64,000 nucleotides of DNA from a bacterium (lineage in GTDB: Bacteria > Auribacterota > JABMQX01), in assembly GCA_030691545.1 (NCBI GenBank), contig JAUYEE010000115.1, forward strand, positions 3,949 through 67,948. The letters are read 5' to 3'. This document shows, piece after piece, positions 21,075 to 31,198 of this stretch. Under the pieces are notes generated by a model. The model had not been told where the DNA came from. It did not search any database and saw nothing but the letters and a program-made list of their open reading frames with translations. The translations under genes and the position numbers were made by a program. Every line of letters begins with the position of its first letter. The stretch's first letter is position 1.

Positions 21075-22442
21075 CTATGCGAAAGGCAACGGGACTTTGG
21101 AAATCACGAAACGGAACTTCCCTGATGGTTCACACGCAATGGCTTCCACCAGCTCGCACTCGTGCCGCATTGTGGGCCCGAACCTCTTGCGGATCAATGT
21201 TTCGATCGCTCGAAAGCTCTCGTCGCCGAATTGTTCTCCCGGCACAATTCGCAGGCGCAAGAAATCCACTGCCTCCTGGACAATCTGCATCTGCTCCAGC
21301 CCCGGGACAAGTGTCGCGAGATTCTCCGTGAGCGAGATGCCCGAAATCAGGCTGCCGTTGGGAGTGACCACATAGTCAGCCGTCCGCCCTTCCACCCGTT
21401 CCAGAAGAGGAAATCCGCGCCCGCACGCGCATTTCCTGTCCGAGGGAACAGCGACATCCCCGACGCGGTAACGGATGAAAGGCATTCCGTAATTGTACAA
21501 ATCGGTCACCACGACCTCCCCTGCTTCGCCCGGATTTGCCGGCCGCCCATCCTTCAAAACCTCGACGACCAGCATGTCGAGATTGACATGCAAGCCGTTG
21601 TGGAACTCGCATTCGCTGGCGATGAGGGAGAGCTCCTCGCAGCCGTAACGATTGAACACTTTCGCTTCCAGGACCGATTCGATGACCGCTCGTTCGGTTT
21701 CCATTAAAACCATGGCGGTGCTGATGATGCCCTTCGGCACAATGCCTTTGAGGCCGCGCGACCGAACAAACAGGGCAAAAAGGTAGAGTGAATGAGCATG
21801 GCCGAAAAGGAGAGTTGCCGGGCGTGCGATGAGACTTCGTGCAAAGGCTTCCATGTCATTTTCAGTTATCTGAAGCGTATCGAGAAAGCGCGTGCGGTGC
21901 AGGAGTTGAAATCGGATGCGGGGACGGAGTCCCTTCTTCGTTGGGGGATTGCCCCAGATGGCGCCAACGGGCTCGCCGATATCCCATCCCGTCCAGCGGT
22001 CATGTCGAATTGTGCAAGCTCTTCTCCACTGAGCAGCATCATCATCTACGAAGAAGAAAAGCGACACCCCAGTCGATCCAGAGGTCTTCTGAGCCTGCAA
22101 GTGGTTCGCGGGTATGTTTCTGGCGATCATGTCCTCGTTCTGGGCTCTGATGAGTGTCTTCGTGAGGAGCGGAAACTGTCGGAAACTGTCCCAGGAACGG
22201 AGATCATCGGGGGCGATGCCTGATGCTCGGTAAAGCTGGGTATAAAAGGGGCAGTTGTCGTACGCATGGGCGACGATCTTTTTCAGTCGGTGCCATTGAC
22301 GGGCGCGCAGCTCGTCCTCGCTTAGGTACTGAGATCGTTCGAGCACGTCCACGCGTGCGAGATACGGTGAACGTTCCCAGGCGCCCCACATGGGCGCTAT
22401 AACACCACGTATAATCGGTGCGAACCAGTCTCTCATGGCCAA
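21075..22442 (-). CDS. Phenylacetate-CoA ligase family (CapK-like), second paralogue
   Basis: KTSGSTG, NRYGCEE, MPFIRYRVGD, SGKFRFV. Confidence 0.9.
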   Translation of the reverse strand: MAMRDWFAPIIRGVIAPMWGAWERSPYLARVDVLERSQYLSEDELRARQWHRLKKIVAHAYDNCPFYTQLYRASGIAPDDLRSWDSFRQFPLLTKTLIRAQNEDMIARNIPANHLQAQKTSGSTGVSLFFFVDDDAAQWRRACTIRHDRWTGWDIGEPVGAIWGNPPTKKGLRPRIRFQLLHRTRFLDTLQITENDMEAFARSLIARPATLLFGHAHSLYLFALFVRSRGLKGIVPKGIISTAMVLMETERAVIESVLEAKVFNRYGCEELSLIASECEFHNGLHVNLDMLVVEVLKDGRPANPGEAGEVVVTDLYNYGMPFIRYRVGDVAVPSDRKCACGRGFPLLERVEGRTADYVVTPNGSLISGISLTENLATLVPGLEQMQIVQEAVDFLRLRIVPGEQFGDESFRAIETLIRKRFGPTMRHECELVEAIACEPSGKFRFVISKVPLPFA

Positions 22443-22443
22443 T

Positions 22444-23634
22444 TCAGGTGAGAATTCCGCTGGACTTCATGGCGAACACTGTGAGGTTTCCGCTGGGGCC
22501 GATTCTCCTCAAGGCGAACAGGTCCGATTCCGAGTCGTTGCTGCCCGGAATCGTACAGCAGGATGCGACAAACCCCACTCGTCTCAGATAAGCGACGTAT
22601 TCCTCATCGAAGTCATTCCTTTTCCCGTTTGGATAACAGAACAGTGTGACCGGTTTTTTCAGGAATACCTCAATCCGGCGCTTGGACTGACTGATCTCCC
22701 GCTGAGCCAATTCGCGAGAAACCTGTGTGAGAATGGCGTGCGAAAAGGTGTGCGCACCGAAGCTCATCCCCGCTTGCTCCATCTCCCTGACCTCGTGCCA
22801 TCTCAGCATTTCCCCGAAGGGAACATAGATCGCACCTTTCAATCCCAGACGCACCCTCAGGATATCGAGAAGCAACTCCCGTTCGTACAAAGGACGACGT
22901 TGAAGGCGATCGCCCAGAATTCCTCGCGCCTTTGCTTTGTCTCTCAGGGTGGCGAGTTGTAGCGTTTCATACGCTTGTTCGGGTTCTGGAGCGCATTCTT
23001 CCACAAGATCCTCGATCATGTCGGGCGTGACGGTCTTTAGCATTTTGCGGAGGACCTCTTCGTCAGACGCCTCTGCCAATGAGGTTGTCGAAGAGGAAAG
23101 AAACTTTCTCCCGGCTCGAGCGAGCTTCCGGAGGCACTGGTCGAAGGAATTGAGCCGGAGGCTTTTGCACGGAGAAAGACGCAGATAGGCAGAGAGAGTC
23201 AGCAACCAGGCCGGCCTCCTGCACCCGATGAAACCGGTTGTGAGGAAGAAGGTAGCTGGTAGCTTCTGGGATCGCAGGATAGGGTAGGCATTGAGGTAAT
23301 TGTCAAGATACCCATCGTCAAGGGTGATGGCGACGGCATTTTTTGGTAGTTTTACGCCGTTCTGCATCATCTGCGCCGCACTCAGCAACGAGAGGACGTT
23401 GTGGCGTCTTTTCAGGTAAGCCATCTGACGCCTGAATTCATCCACAGGAAGGCCTCTGACATGGGGGCGAACGTACTTCCTCTCCTTGTAGTGGTCGTTC
23501 ACCTTGTGGTAGGCAAGAATAATCAGGGCTTCTCGTCTTTGTATGATACTCCGAAGGAGCCTGATGACCCTGTATAGCTGGCTATGGAATAACAGGCCAC
23601 AGACTGTGTTACGCAGTGAATCTCTGATTGCCAT
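22444..23634 (-). CDS. Polysaccharide deacetylase (CE4)
   Basis: LAYHKV, TLDDGY, GAHTFSH, FCYPNG. Confidence 0.92.
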   Translation of the reverse strand: MAIRDSLRNTVCGLLFHSQLYRVIRLLRSIIQRREALIILAYHKVNDHYKERKYVRPHVRGLPVDEFRRQMAYLKRRHNVLSLLSAAQMMQNGVKLPKNAVAITLDDGYLDNYLNAYPILRSQKLPATFFLTTGFIGCRRPAWLLTLSAYLRLSPCKSLRLNSFDQCLRKLARAGRKFLSSSTTSLAEASDEEVLRKMLKTVTPDMIEDLVEECAPEPEQAYETLQLATLRDKAKARGILGDRLQRRPLYERELLLDILRVRLGLKGAIYVPFGEMLRWHEVREMEQAGMSFGAHTFSHAILTQVSRELAQREISQSKRRIEVFLKKPVTLFCYPNGKRNDFDEEYVAYLRRVGFVASCCTIPGSNDSESDLFALRRIGPSGNLTVFAMKSSGILT

Positions 23635-23763
23635 GTCCGGTCTATTGTTGTTCTGGCTCCCGATGCCCGCGAAGCGCTTGAGCCGTCACGCGGCATGATC
23701 ACGCTACGCTAAGCCGTAACGAGGTGGGCGTGGAGAAAGGCCCTTCTTTTGCGCTGGGAGTTC

Positions 23764-24747
23764 CTATCGAAAAATGAGGCTATTCGTGCGTCTGTCAGGG
23801 CTCGGCCTTTCGAAGTTCCTGAGGGCCCACTCGGAAATGAGATGAGCCAGGACGATTTGCCACGCAGGAGCCGAAAACGCATGATCCACACCCTTGACTA
23901 CGTGAATCTCGGCGTGAGGACGAAGTCTGCGCTTCAAGGCTCGATATTCCTTGTTCCTCCAGAACCTGTCCTCGAAATCAGATCGATACTTGTCACGTTC
24001 CCCATAGATCAACAACATGAGTGCGGGAGAGCCACTCACCTTTTTCAAACTCGTCAAGAACACCTGATTCATAAGAGGATCAGATCGTTTGTTCCTGAGC
24101 ATGTGCATCAACGCTCTGAAGATCGACAGATATTCGCTCCTTCCGGAGAGGAACCTTCCCCAGGCACCGAAACTCCCAATTTCGCGTCCGTAGTAGCACA
24201 AATTCATATCGTCGGTGAGGCTGTTCTGTGCTGCATGGCTGTCTTTCAGGATTGGGAGGCCGAGCAGCACGAGACCGTTTACTTTGTCCGTCCTGGTTGC
24301 GCAGATCAGGGCGGTGATGGCGCCCCCACAGAGGCCGCCTACGAGGACGGTGTCGAGTCTGTTCTGCCTGACGAAGAAATCAACCGCGGCCAGGGTATCT
24401 TGGACGAATAGACCCTCTTCTATACTTCCCCAAAGGTCGAGGACATACTTCTCGCCAAGGTCTCCCCCACTGTCCCCGATGCCGTGGGTATCGAATCTCA
24501 GCACGTGAAGACCCTCTTCGGACAACTGTCTCGCAAGGTTGACGTATAGACGACAGGGTCCAATCCTGTACTGCAACCCTGCCGGGATGAGAATTAGCCC
24601 GACACGGCGTGTGAATCGTTCTCTTGCCGGTGTATGTATGATGCCGAATAGGGTCTCTCCGTTGCTTTGGAAGACAACGGCCTCCTCATGTGGGAATTCC
24701 TTTTCTATGCTCTCAGTTTGCTGAGGCATCGCTTCTACAAGAGTCAT
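23764..24747 (-). CDS. Alpha/beta hydrolase with Cys nucleophile (exosortase-system hydrolase 1-like)
   Basis: QYRIGP, RFDTHGIGDS, GLCGG elbow, VDHAFS. Confidence 0.8.
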   Translation of the reverse strand: MTLVEAMPQQTESIEKEFPHEEAVVFQSNGETLFGIIHTPARERFTRRVGLILIPAGLQYRIGPCRLYVNLARQLSEEGLHVLRFDTHGIGDSGGDLGEKYVLDLWGSIEEGLFVQDTLAAVDFFVRQNRLDTVLVGGLCGGAITALICATRTDKVNGLVLLGLPILKDSHAAQNSLTDDMNLCYYGREIGSFGAWGRFLSGRSEYLSIFRALMHMLRNKRSDPLMNQVFLTSLKKVSGSPALMLLIYGERDKYRSDFEDRFWRNKEYRALKRRLRPHAEIHVVKGVDHAFSAPAWQIVLAHLISEWALRNFERPSPDRRTNSLIFR

Positions 24748-24783
24748 GACAGTCGCCTATTTGACATCTTGAACAAGGAGTTC

Positions 24784-25629
24784 TCACATGTTGAGGCGCA
24801 GGCCTTTTGTGGCCCGCAGCCATTGCAGCGTTTGTTGGAACGCTGGGTTGGAGTTCTGACGATAAATGGGGAGGTCCTGCCAGAACGAATCCTCAGTTAT
24901 CGCCACTGCTTGGCACGCCTCATTGTGTTGCAGTGAGGTCCGCCACAAACGGGCGTCTGCGGACAATGCTGCCTTCTCCGTTTTGCTCATATCGACGACG
25001 AAGCACGGGGGGTGATTCGCCTTTGCGATCCGTTCAATCTCAAATGAATCAGCCCAGCGGATCATCTCACCGGTCAACAGATAGCCACCCATGTTCACTT
25101 CTTCTCCGGCGAGCAGTCTCTGCTTCAATTCAGCGCGGTTGGGGGCTACGAGATGCTCGTACGCCATTTGCTTTGCCAAGCAGCTTCTGAGAAGACCATC
25201 GAAGAGGCGCCGGACGTCCACGACGGGGGCCCAGAGGACCAGGAAATCAATATCATCGGCGGCGCAAGTCATCGCTCCGACCAAGCTCCCCAGCCGCAAG
25301 CCGAGCAATCCGACCCGGCTGCATGGGGCTCTCTGGCGAAGGGCCTGGATCGCGAGTCTTGTGTCGGCCACATATGTTTCGATAGTCGTGTTCCGGAAGT
25401 CTCCCCCGCTGTCGCCGCTGCCGGAGTAGTCAAACCGCAAAACGTGGAATCCTTGCGAGGCGAGCAACCGTGCGAAGGTCACAAGCACGCGTCGGCTCAT
25501 GTTGTGTTCGCCGGCAAAAGCGCTGCAAAAGACAATTGCGCAGCCAATGTCCGCCGCGCCAGATGGCCTGTGCAGGATGGCGAATAGCTCTCTCTGTCCA
25601 TCCCGGACAAAAAACGGTTCTTCGTTCAT
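24784..25629 (-). CDS. Alpha/beta hydrolase-fold protein lacking a nucleophile (exosortase-system hydrolase 2-like)
   Basis: RFDYSGSGDSGGDF, GLRLG elbow, LWAPV; start MNEEPFF. Confidence 0.8.
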   Translation of the reverse strand: MNEEPFFVRDGQRELFAILHRPSGAADIGCAIVFCSAFAGEHNMSRRVLVTFARLLASQGFHVLRFDYSGSGDSGGDFRNTTIETYVADTRLAIQALRQRAPCSRVGLLGLRLGSLVGAMTCAADDIDFLVLWAPVVDVRRLFDGLLRSCLAKQMAYEHLVAPNRAELKQRLLAGEEVNMGGYLLTGEMIRWADSFEIERIAKANHPPCFVVDMSKTEKAALSADARLWRTSLQHNEACQAVAITEDSFWQDLPIYRQNSNPAFQQTLQWLRATKGLRLNM

Positions 25630-25740
25630 GGATTTGCGCATCGGGTTGTGGAGTGCACGCTCCACCGCCTGCCAAGCTTCCACGGCAGTTGGCCACGTGG
25701 CAGGAGCAGTTCCGACGAGACGATTCCTGGATGAAAATGC

Positions 25741-26790
25741 TCACCCCGGCTTGTCGGCCTGGAGTGCAGGGTCTTCCTCCTGGCGGGCGAGGGGAATCGT
25801 AACCCCAAGCCTCTCTACGACGGATCCCAAGGTTGAAGATTCCTCCTCGGAGGTGATCCTATCGAGTGCCGAACGCCTGTCGACCTGGCTGGTCCTCACC
25901 ATGTTGGCCATTTCCCAGACGTAGGGATTAAAGCCGAATTGCCGCTTGTGAACGAGGTTGGCGTAGGAGTTGAGGAGACAATTGGACGAGTTCGCGTCCA
26001 GCCCTTTGGGACGTCGCCAGCCCATAGGGGTTATCTCTTCCAGAATCTTATCTTCATCATATTCGTAAAAGGCGAGCGGGCTGGCGTTGTGCGGAAACTT
26101 TGACGGATCGTTGAAGTGTTTTTGCTCGAGAAAGTAAGGACGAATGTCGTCTCCAACGATCTCGTGCATAGGATCGTATAGTGTTCTCTGCATGCTGCGG
26201 AGCATCGCTGGGTTATGCTTGAATACAGATGAAACGGTCGGTGCCTGCCCCGGAGACCATCCGTAGCAAACAATCGGAATTTCCTTCTCGATAGAGAGTC
26301 TCAGCGCTCCGAACTTCACGAAGGCTATGCAAGACGTGCAAATGGTGCTTGCCCTTTCGAGCGTTTTTCTGGGGTAGAGTGTCCTCTCGGAGGCCGCCGC
26401 GAAAATCCTCCTGAGAACATCGAACCTCGGTTTGACCAACAAGTGGTCAACGCAAAGAGCATCACAGACTTTCCGAATATTGATATAGGTCTGATCCGGG
26501 ATAAAACCGTTGTCCAGGGTTACGGCTAGAACCTTGAGATCGAGCTGTTTTCTCAGGAGGCTCAAGGTATATGAGCTGTCCTTGCCGCCGCTGTAGCACA
26601 TAAGGGCGTCATAGGTCGAGAGGCCGCGGACCTCATCCACCAGTTGCTCGAACTTCTCCCTCATCCGCTCCCTCTCAGCATCAAGACGTTCCTGTCCCCT
26701 GAAGGCCAGACAGAAGTTGCAGACACCGTCTTGGTCAAAGGTGATTCCGGGAAAGGTTTCCGGGAGAATGCATCGAATACATGTCGTCAT
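25741..26790 (-). CDS. N-acetyl sugar amidotransferase-like PP-loop protein (WbuX/WbpG-like)
   Basis: CIRCILP...GVCNFC, YSGGKDSS, ICTSC, SSNCLLN. Confidence 0.8.
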   Translation of the reverse strand: MTTCIRCILPETFPGITFDQDGVCNFCLAFRGQERLDAERERMREKFEQLVDEVRGLSTYDALMCYSGGKDSSYTLSLLRKQLDLKVLAVTLDNGFIPDQTYINIRKVCDALCVDHLLVKPRFDVLRRIFAAASERTLYPRKTLERASTICTSCIAFVKFGALRLSIEKEIPIVCYGWSPGQAPTVSSVFKHNPAMLRSMQRTLYDPMHEIVGDDIRPYFLEQKHFNDPSKFPHNASPLAFYEYDEDKILEEITPMGWRRPKGLDANSSNCLLNSYANLVHKRQFGFNPYVWEMANMVRTSQVDRRSALDRITSEEESSTLGSVVERLGVTIPLARQEEDPALQADKPG

Positions 26791-26880
26791 CCGGGATTCC
26801 TTTGTGGTCTCAAATACACCCGCTCGAGTGGATCACACCCTCGATATAAGAACTGCGAGGCGAAAAGAAGCGAGCTTCGT

Positions 26881-27900
26881 TCATGTGGCACTTCCAGGCT
26901 TCCAGTCGGGTGCGGGCGGCATGTGCCGGAACGTCTCGGTTGCCTTTCTCTTCGCATCGAAGTCCCTGAAGGCTCGCCGTGCCTGCTCTTCTGTCAAACC
27001 GCTGGCGGCTGTGATGTCCTCAAAGGAGACGTTATTGTCCTTCGCGTAGAGCAGAAGATCCAAGGTGTGGTACGCCAGACAGAAGTAGAACTCCTCGTCG
27101 CTGGTTTCGGACGTGAAGGTGTCTGGCGTGGGGGTTCTCTCGATGATTTCGCTGGGAATGTCGAGGTAGCGCGCCAGTTGATAGACTTGCGTTTTGTAAA
27201 GGTGCGCAATCGGTTCAATATCAACCCCACCGTCACCGTACTTGACAAAGAAACCCTGGTCCACCTCCGTCCTATTTGTCGTGCCTGCGACAAGACGGTT
27301 CGATCGCTCCGCGAAGTAGTACAACTCGATCATTCTTGTGCGTTGCTTCATGTTTGAGGCAGCGACGATTCCGAGATAGTCGGATACGGACAGCCTTTTT
27401 GTCTTCGATTCGCCGTCACGTCCTGTGATCTTTAGCGAGTAAACATTGAAGCGGTCCCTCTCCAGCAGGTTTTGGGGCAGGACGAGCTTAAATGTGTAGC
27501 CCTCACCGTACTCAGGAAAAACCTTTCTGATAATCTGGTCTCTCCGGGTGTAAACTGCAAAGCTTTCAAGGTACGGAGTGACGTCAACTTCCTCAAAGCG
27601 AATGCCTAATCGCGATGCGTGTTTCTTGGCGTATTGGGCACTGGCTGGGCTGGATTCTCTTTCCGGAAGGATCAGGCCGAGAACCTGTTCGGCGCCCAAG
27701 GCCCTCACGCACAGAGCTGCCATGACCGCGGAATCAACCCCTCCGCTCATTCCCACGACAACTCCGCTCTTTTTGAAGTGTGTAAAGACCTGGCCGCAGA
27801 TGAAGCCCTCGATCCTTCGGACTTCCTCCTCGCAGTCAATCTGCAGAACATCGGGGCCGAACTTACGGGAGGCGCCTGTAGTCATCCGCTCCCCTTTCAT
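26881..27900 (-). CDS. nadE: NH3-dependent NAD synthetase homologue, polysaccharide-locus type
   Basis: MSGGVDS, NMKQRTRM, GFFVKYGDGG, LYKTQVYQLA; no glutaminase domain. Confidence 0.85.
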   Translation of the reverse strand: MKGERMTTGASRKFGPDVLQIDCEEEVRRIEGFICGQVFTHFKKSGVVVGMSGGVDSAVMAALCVRALGAEQVLGLILPERESSPASAQYAKKHASRLGIRFEEVDVTPYLESFAVYTRRDQIIRKVFPEYGEGYTFKLVLPQNLLERDRFNVYSLKITGRDGESKTKRLSVSDYLGIVAASNMKQRTRMIELYYFAERSNRLVAGTTNRTEVDQGFFVKYGDGGVDIEPIAHLYKTQVYQLARYLDIPSEIIERTPTPDTFTSETSDEEFYFCLAYHTLDLLLYAKDNNVSFEDITAASGLTEEQARRAFRDFDAKRKATETFRHMPPAPDWKPGSAT

Positions 27901-27901
27901 C

Positions 27902-29443
27902 TCACTTCAGGTTGGTCTTCTTAATTTTTCCAGAGCTTGTTTGTTCCAGGCTGTCTCGGAACTCGACGTACTTGGGAACCATGAAGTCCTCGAGATTCGC
28001 CCGACAGTATTTGAAAATGTCCTTTTCGGTCAACTGGGCTCCCTTCTTCGGAACGACAAACGCCTTGACGGCCTGTCCTAGCACTTCGTCGGGAACGCCG
28101 ATCACGGCGGCATGAAGAACGCCTGGAAGGGCATGAAGCACGTTCTCCACTTCTTTGGGGCTGACTTTCTCACCCCGGCTTTTGATGATGTCGTCCTTGC
28201 GCCCCACAAAGTACAGAAATCCTTCCTCATCCATTTTGAATAAGTCGCCGGTGTACAAGACCTTTTCCCAGGGATGAAGGCCGGGCTTGAGACATTTGGC
28301 GGTCTCTTCCGGGTTCTCCCAGTAGCCAACCATGACGTTGGCGCCCCTGACTACAAGTTCTCCGACCGTGTCCGGGGTCGCGATCCTTTGTCCGTTATCG
28401 TCAATCAAGAAGACCTCTTCGTTCGGCATGCCCTTTCCCACTGATGCCGGTCGCCTGTCCAGCTCTTCCGGTGGCAGGTAGGAGACTCGTTTGCACTCCG
28501 TCAGTCCGTACATGGAATATAGGGTGGCTTTGGGAAATGTCTCCCGGATGCGGCGAATATGGTCAACAGGGAGAGCGGCGCCCGTGTTCGTGATGTAACG
28601 AAGGTCCTTGAAGTCGATTTTCCTAATATCTTCGAGCTGGAGAAGAATCGAGAATATGGTGGGGACACCGGGGAAGCCGGTCACTCTCTCTTGAAGCATA
28701 AGGTTGATTACTTTGTAAGGATACGTGAAGGACCTCTCCAAGACAAGCATCCCGCCAATCTTGAATGCCATGAGCATCTGGTAGAGCCCGTAGTCAAACG
28801 AAAGAGGCAACACGTTGAGGATGATGTCGGAAGGGATGTTCTCGAGATATTGGGTGATGGAGGTGGCAGCCGTCACCATGTTGAGATGCGTCAGGGTAAC
28901 GCCTTTGGGATACCCTGTTGACCCTGAAGTGTAGATGATCGACGCCAGATCGATGCTGATGCACTTTCTTGGCGGAGGTGCAGCAGGAGCGGCATCAAGA
29001 AACTCCTGAAGAGAGAAGCAATGCTCGGAATGAAATCTCCCGTTTTCCGGGTACCCGTCCTTCAACACGAGGAACCGGAGGTCGGGCGTATCGGATGCGA
29101 TTGACGACAAGAGGTTCGCCGCGTTTCTGTCGCTGATGATCCCCTTTGCGCGGCAGTTGTTAAGAATAAAACTGAGCTTGTCGGCTTTGGTCGTACGGTT
29201 CACCACCAGAAACACCGCGCCGGCTTTCAGGATGCCAGAGATGGATATGACGGTCTCGACAGAGTTATCCAGGAAGATGGCGACTCTGTCGCCCCGCTCC
29301 ACCCCTGAATCAATTAGGGCGTTGGCCATCTTGTTCGCCAGGTCATCTATCTCACGATATGTTAGCCTCGAGCCCTCACAGACAAGGGCCACTTTGCCTG
29401 GCATTCTGCGGGCGCTGTCGGTCAGAAAATCATCTACCAGCAT
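27902..29443 (-). CDS. AMP-binding acyl-CoA/ACP ligase
   Basis: YTSGSTGYPKG, LPLSFDYG, YGLTE, YTGD, SSGKI. Confidence 0.93.
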   Translation of the reverse strand: MLVDDFLTDSARRMPGKVALVCEGSRLTYREIDDLANKMANALIDSGVERGDRVAIFLDNSVETVISISGILKAGAVFLVVNRTTKADKLSFILNNCRAKGIISDRNAANLLSSIASDTPDLRFLVLKDGYPENGRFHSEHCFSLQEFLDAAPAAPPPRKCISIDLASIIYTSGSTGYPKGVTLTHLNMVTAATSITQYLENIPSDIILNVLPLSFDYGLYQMLMAFKIGGMLVLERSFTYPYKVINLMLQERVTGFPGVPTIFSILLQLEDIRKIDFKDLRYITNTGAALPVDHIRRIRETFPKATLYSMYGLTECKRVSYLPPEELDRRPASVGKGMPNEEVFLIDDNGQRIATPDTVGELVVRGANVMVGYWENPEETAKCLKPGLHPWEKVLYTGDLFKMDEEGFLYFVGRKDDIIKSRGEKVSPKEVENVLHALPGVLHAAVIGVPDEVLGQAVKAFVVPKKGAQLTEKDIFKYCRANLEDFMVPKYVEFRDSLEQTSSGKIKKTNLK

Positions 29444-29512
29444 GTTTCTCGTGCTCTTTGGAATCTTTGATGTAGCTGATCGGCCTTTCTACTCCAGTGA
29501 ATACTCCGGGTC

Positions 29513-29791
29513 TCAGGCGATTTCTGAAGCGAGAGCTTTCTTTCTCCTGACGTAAGCCGCAACATTGCTTATGGAGTTGAGGTTTTCAGGAACCAGTTCC
29601 TCGTCGGCCACGGAAACTCCGAGATTCTCCTCGATGAAACCGACAAGTTCGAGAACCCCTGTTGAATCAATGATCCCATTTTCGAGAAATGAATCATCGT
29701 TCTTCAACTTTCCCGGATTCGCGCCCATCATGAAGTTTTCGACGATGAATTGTCTGACCTGTTCCTCGACTGCCATCTGCCGACCTTCCAT
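29513..29791 (-). CDS. Acyl carrier protein
   Basis: Small acidic protein with GIIDSTGVLELV phosphopantetheine site. Confidence 0.93.
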   Translation of the reverse strand: MEGRQMAVEEQVRQFIVENFMMGANPGKLKNDDSFLENGIIDSTGVLELVGFIEENLGVSVADEELVPENLNSISNVAAYVRRKKALASEIA

Positions 29792-30005
29792 TCCGGGGGT
29801 GAACGTTTCGCTTTCTCTCCCTTACACAGCTCCGCCCTCTCGATTACATCCCCGAGTCTTCAGGATGGGGAACGCAATCTACGAGGCCTTTCAACCTGCG
29901 AATGAGACTAAAAGCCGCTACGCCAAGAACCGAATTTGCACTGAGCCTGGCGAAGTGGAATCGCGCAGGTCGATCCCTGCCGAATCGTCCCGCCTTAGCT
30001 GGGAG

Positions 30006-30206
30006 TTAGAAGAGGGCCTCGTGAAACGATATGAGGCGCCCCACGTCCTCTTTGAAATACACCCGCCAGCCGCGCCAGTCTTTTTTGGGAGCAGGAACCT
30101 TGCCAGCTTCCTCCCACCGCCGGATCGTCTTCGCGCTGACGCCAACAACCTTCGCCGCCTGCGTCACCGTCAATCTATGGTTTTTTTCAATCTCTTCGAT
30201 TTCCAT
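30006..30206 (-). CDS. Small MerR-family/excisionase-like HTH DNA-binding protein
   Basis: LTVTQAAKVVGVSAKTIRRWEEAG...GWRVY; GAGG RBS. Confidence 0.85.
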   Translation of the reverse strand: MEIEEIEKNHRLTVTQAAKVVGVSAKTIRRWEEAGKVPAPKKDWRGWRVYFKEDVGRLISFHEALF

Positions 30207-30253
30207 CTTCCTCTACATGCGTGGCATGCTGAATCCCACCCGATGTTGGACAT

Positions 30254-30283
30254 ATTATCCCAAAGACTGACGAACAATGTCAA
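30254..30283 (-). promoter_or_regulatory. Putative sigma-70 promoter for the HTH gene and polysaccharide locus
   Basis: TTGACA-N18-GATAAT on the minus strand. Confidence 0.55.
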
Positions 30284-30979
30284 GCAAGTCCTGTACCAAC
30301 GTGAGTTGACATCATGAAACACAACATGATGCAGTAATCTTCTGCACAACAGTCAATTACAACAATAACCTATCTCAAATGCCATCTGCCGGTGCCCCTT
30401 CTTCCATAAACATATGTTGCGGAAAATCAACAAAAGCAGAATGGAGCAACCATAGGACAACTCTCGTTTTCAATCACTCAGTGCTCTGGTTTGTGAATTA
30501 GGTGAAATCTGGGGCAACTCAAACCTTGCAACAACCTGCCACTGAGCCAGTAACACACGGAGACAACAACGAGAAACCGCTCCGCTCTCACCTTTCGAAC
30601 ACCTCTGCGTGAATTTCGTGATGAACATCGTTTTCCCAGAAGTTTCGAAGTCTTGGCACGCTACAGGGAGACGCTGCTCCATGTGCCAGAACTCATTCGC
30701 CCCCTACACGGCACAGCACTTAACAGTCGTCACCCCGGTCACCCGTTGCGGACAATCAACACGTCCGACCTTGGCAGAACTTGGCCCTGGGCGACACCAT
30801 CCGTGGAGAGTTGTTAGCGACTGCAAGTCGGCTGGACAGGAGCGTTCAGGGCATGGAGCGGTCAAGGGCGACTTGAATCATTCGAGTCCCGGTGACAAGT
30901 ACGTGACAAAGCGACGTCGAAACAGGCGAGGAAAACAGAAACAGACGAAAGCGAAACTGGCGATGTAATTGCCTGCAAT

Positions 30980-31155
30980 GGCTGAACTTGGCGACTGCTT
31001 CTCTTCGGTGCTTGGGCTCGGTGTGAAGGTGAATGGCCGTTGTCGTGATGCTCGAATGCCCCATGAGATCCTTAACCGTTTGAATGTCCACACCGCTCAT
31101 AACCAAGTGACTCCCGTACGTGTGCCTCAGAACGTGGGGCGAGAGAATTGGAAGC
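30980..31155 (-). pseudogene. Tyrosine recombinase C-terminal relic
   Basis: PHVLRHTYGSHL...LMGHSSITTTAIHLH (HxLRH and GH boxes); catalytic Tyr replaced by His; N-terminal part absent. Confidence 0.85.
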
Positions 31156-31198
31156 ATCTGAATAGCGTAACTTGTTGTATAGATGATAGAAATGAAAA

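Noticed and set aside
30958-30973. GG-N10-GC motif TGGCGATGTAATTGCC
   Set aside because: Imperfect match that points antisense toward the integrase relic and tRNA, with no gene to drive
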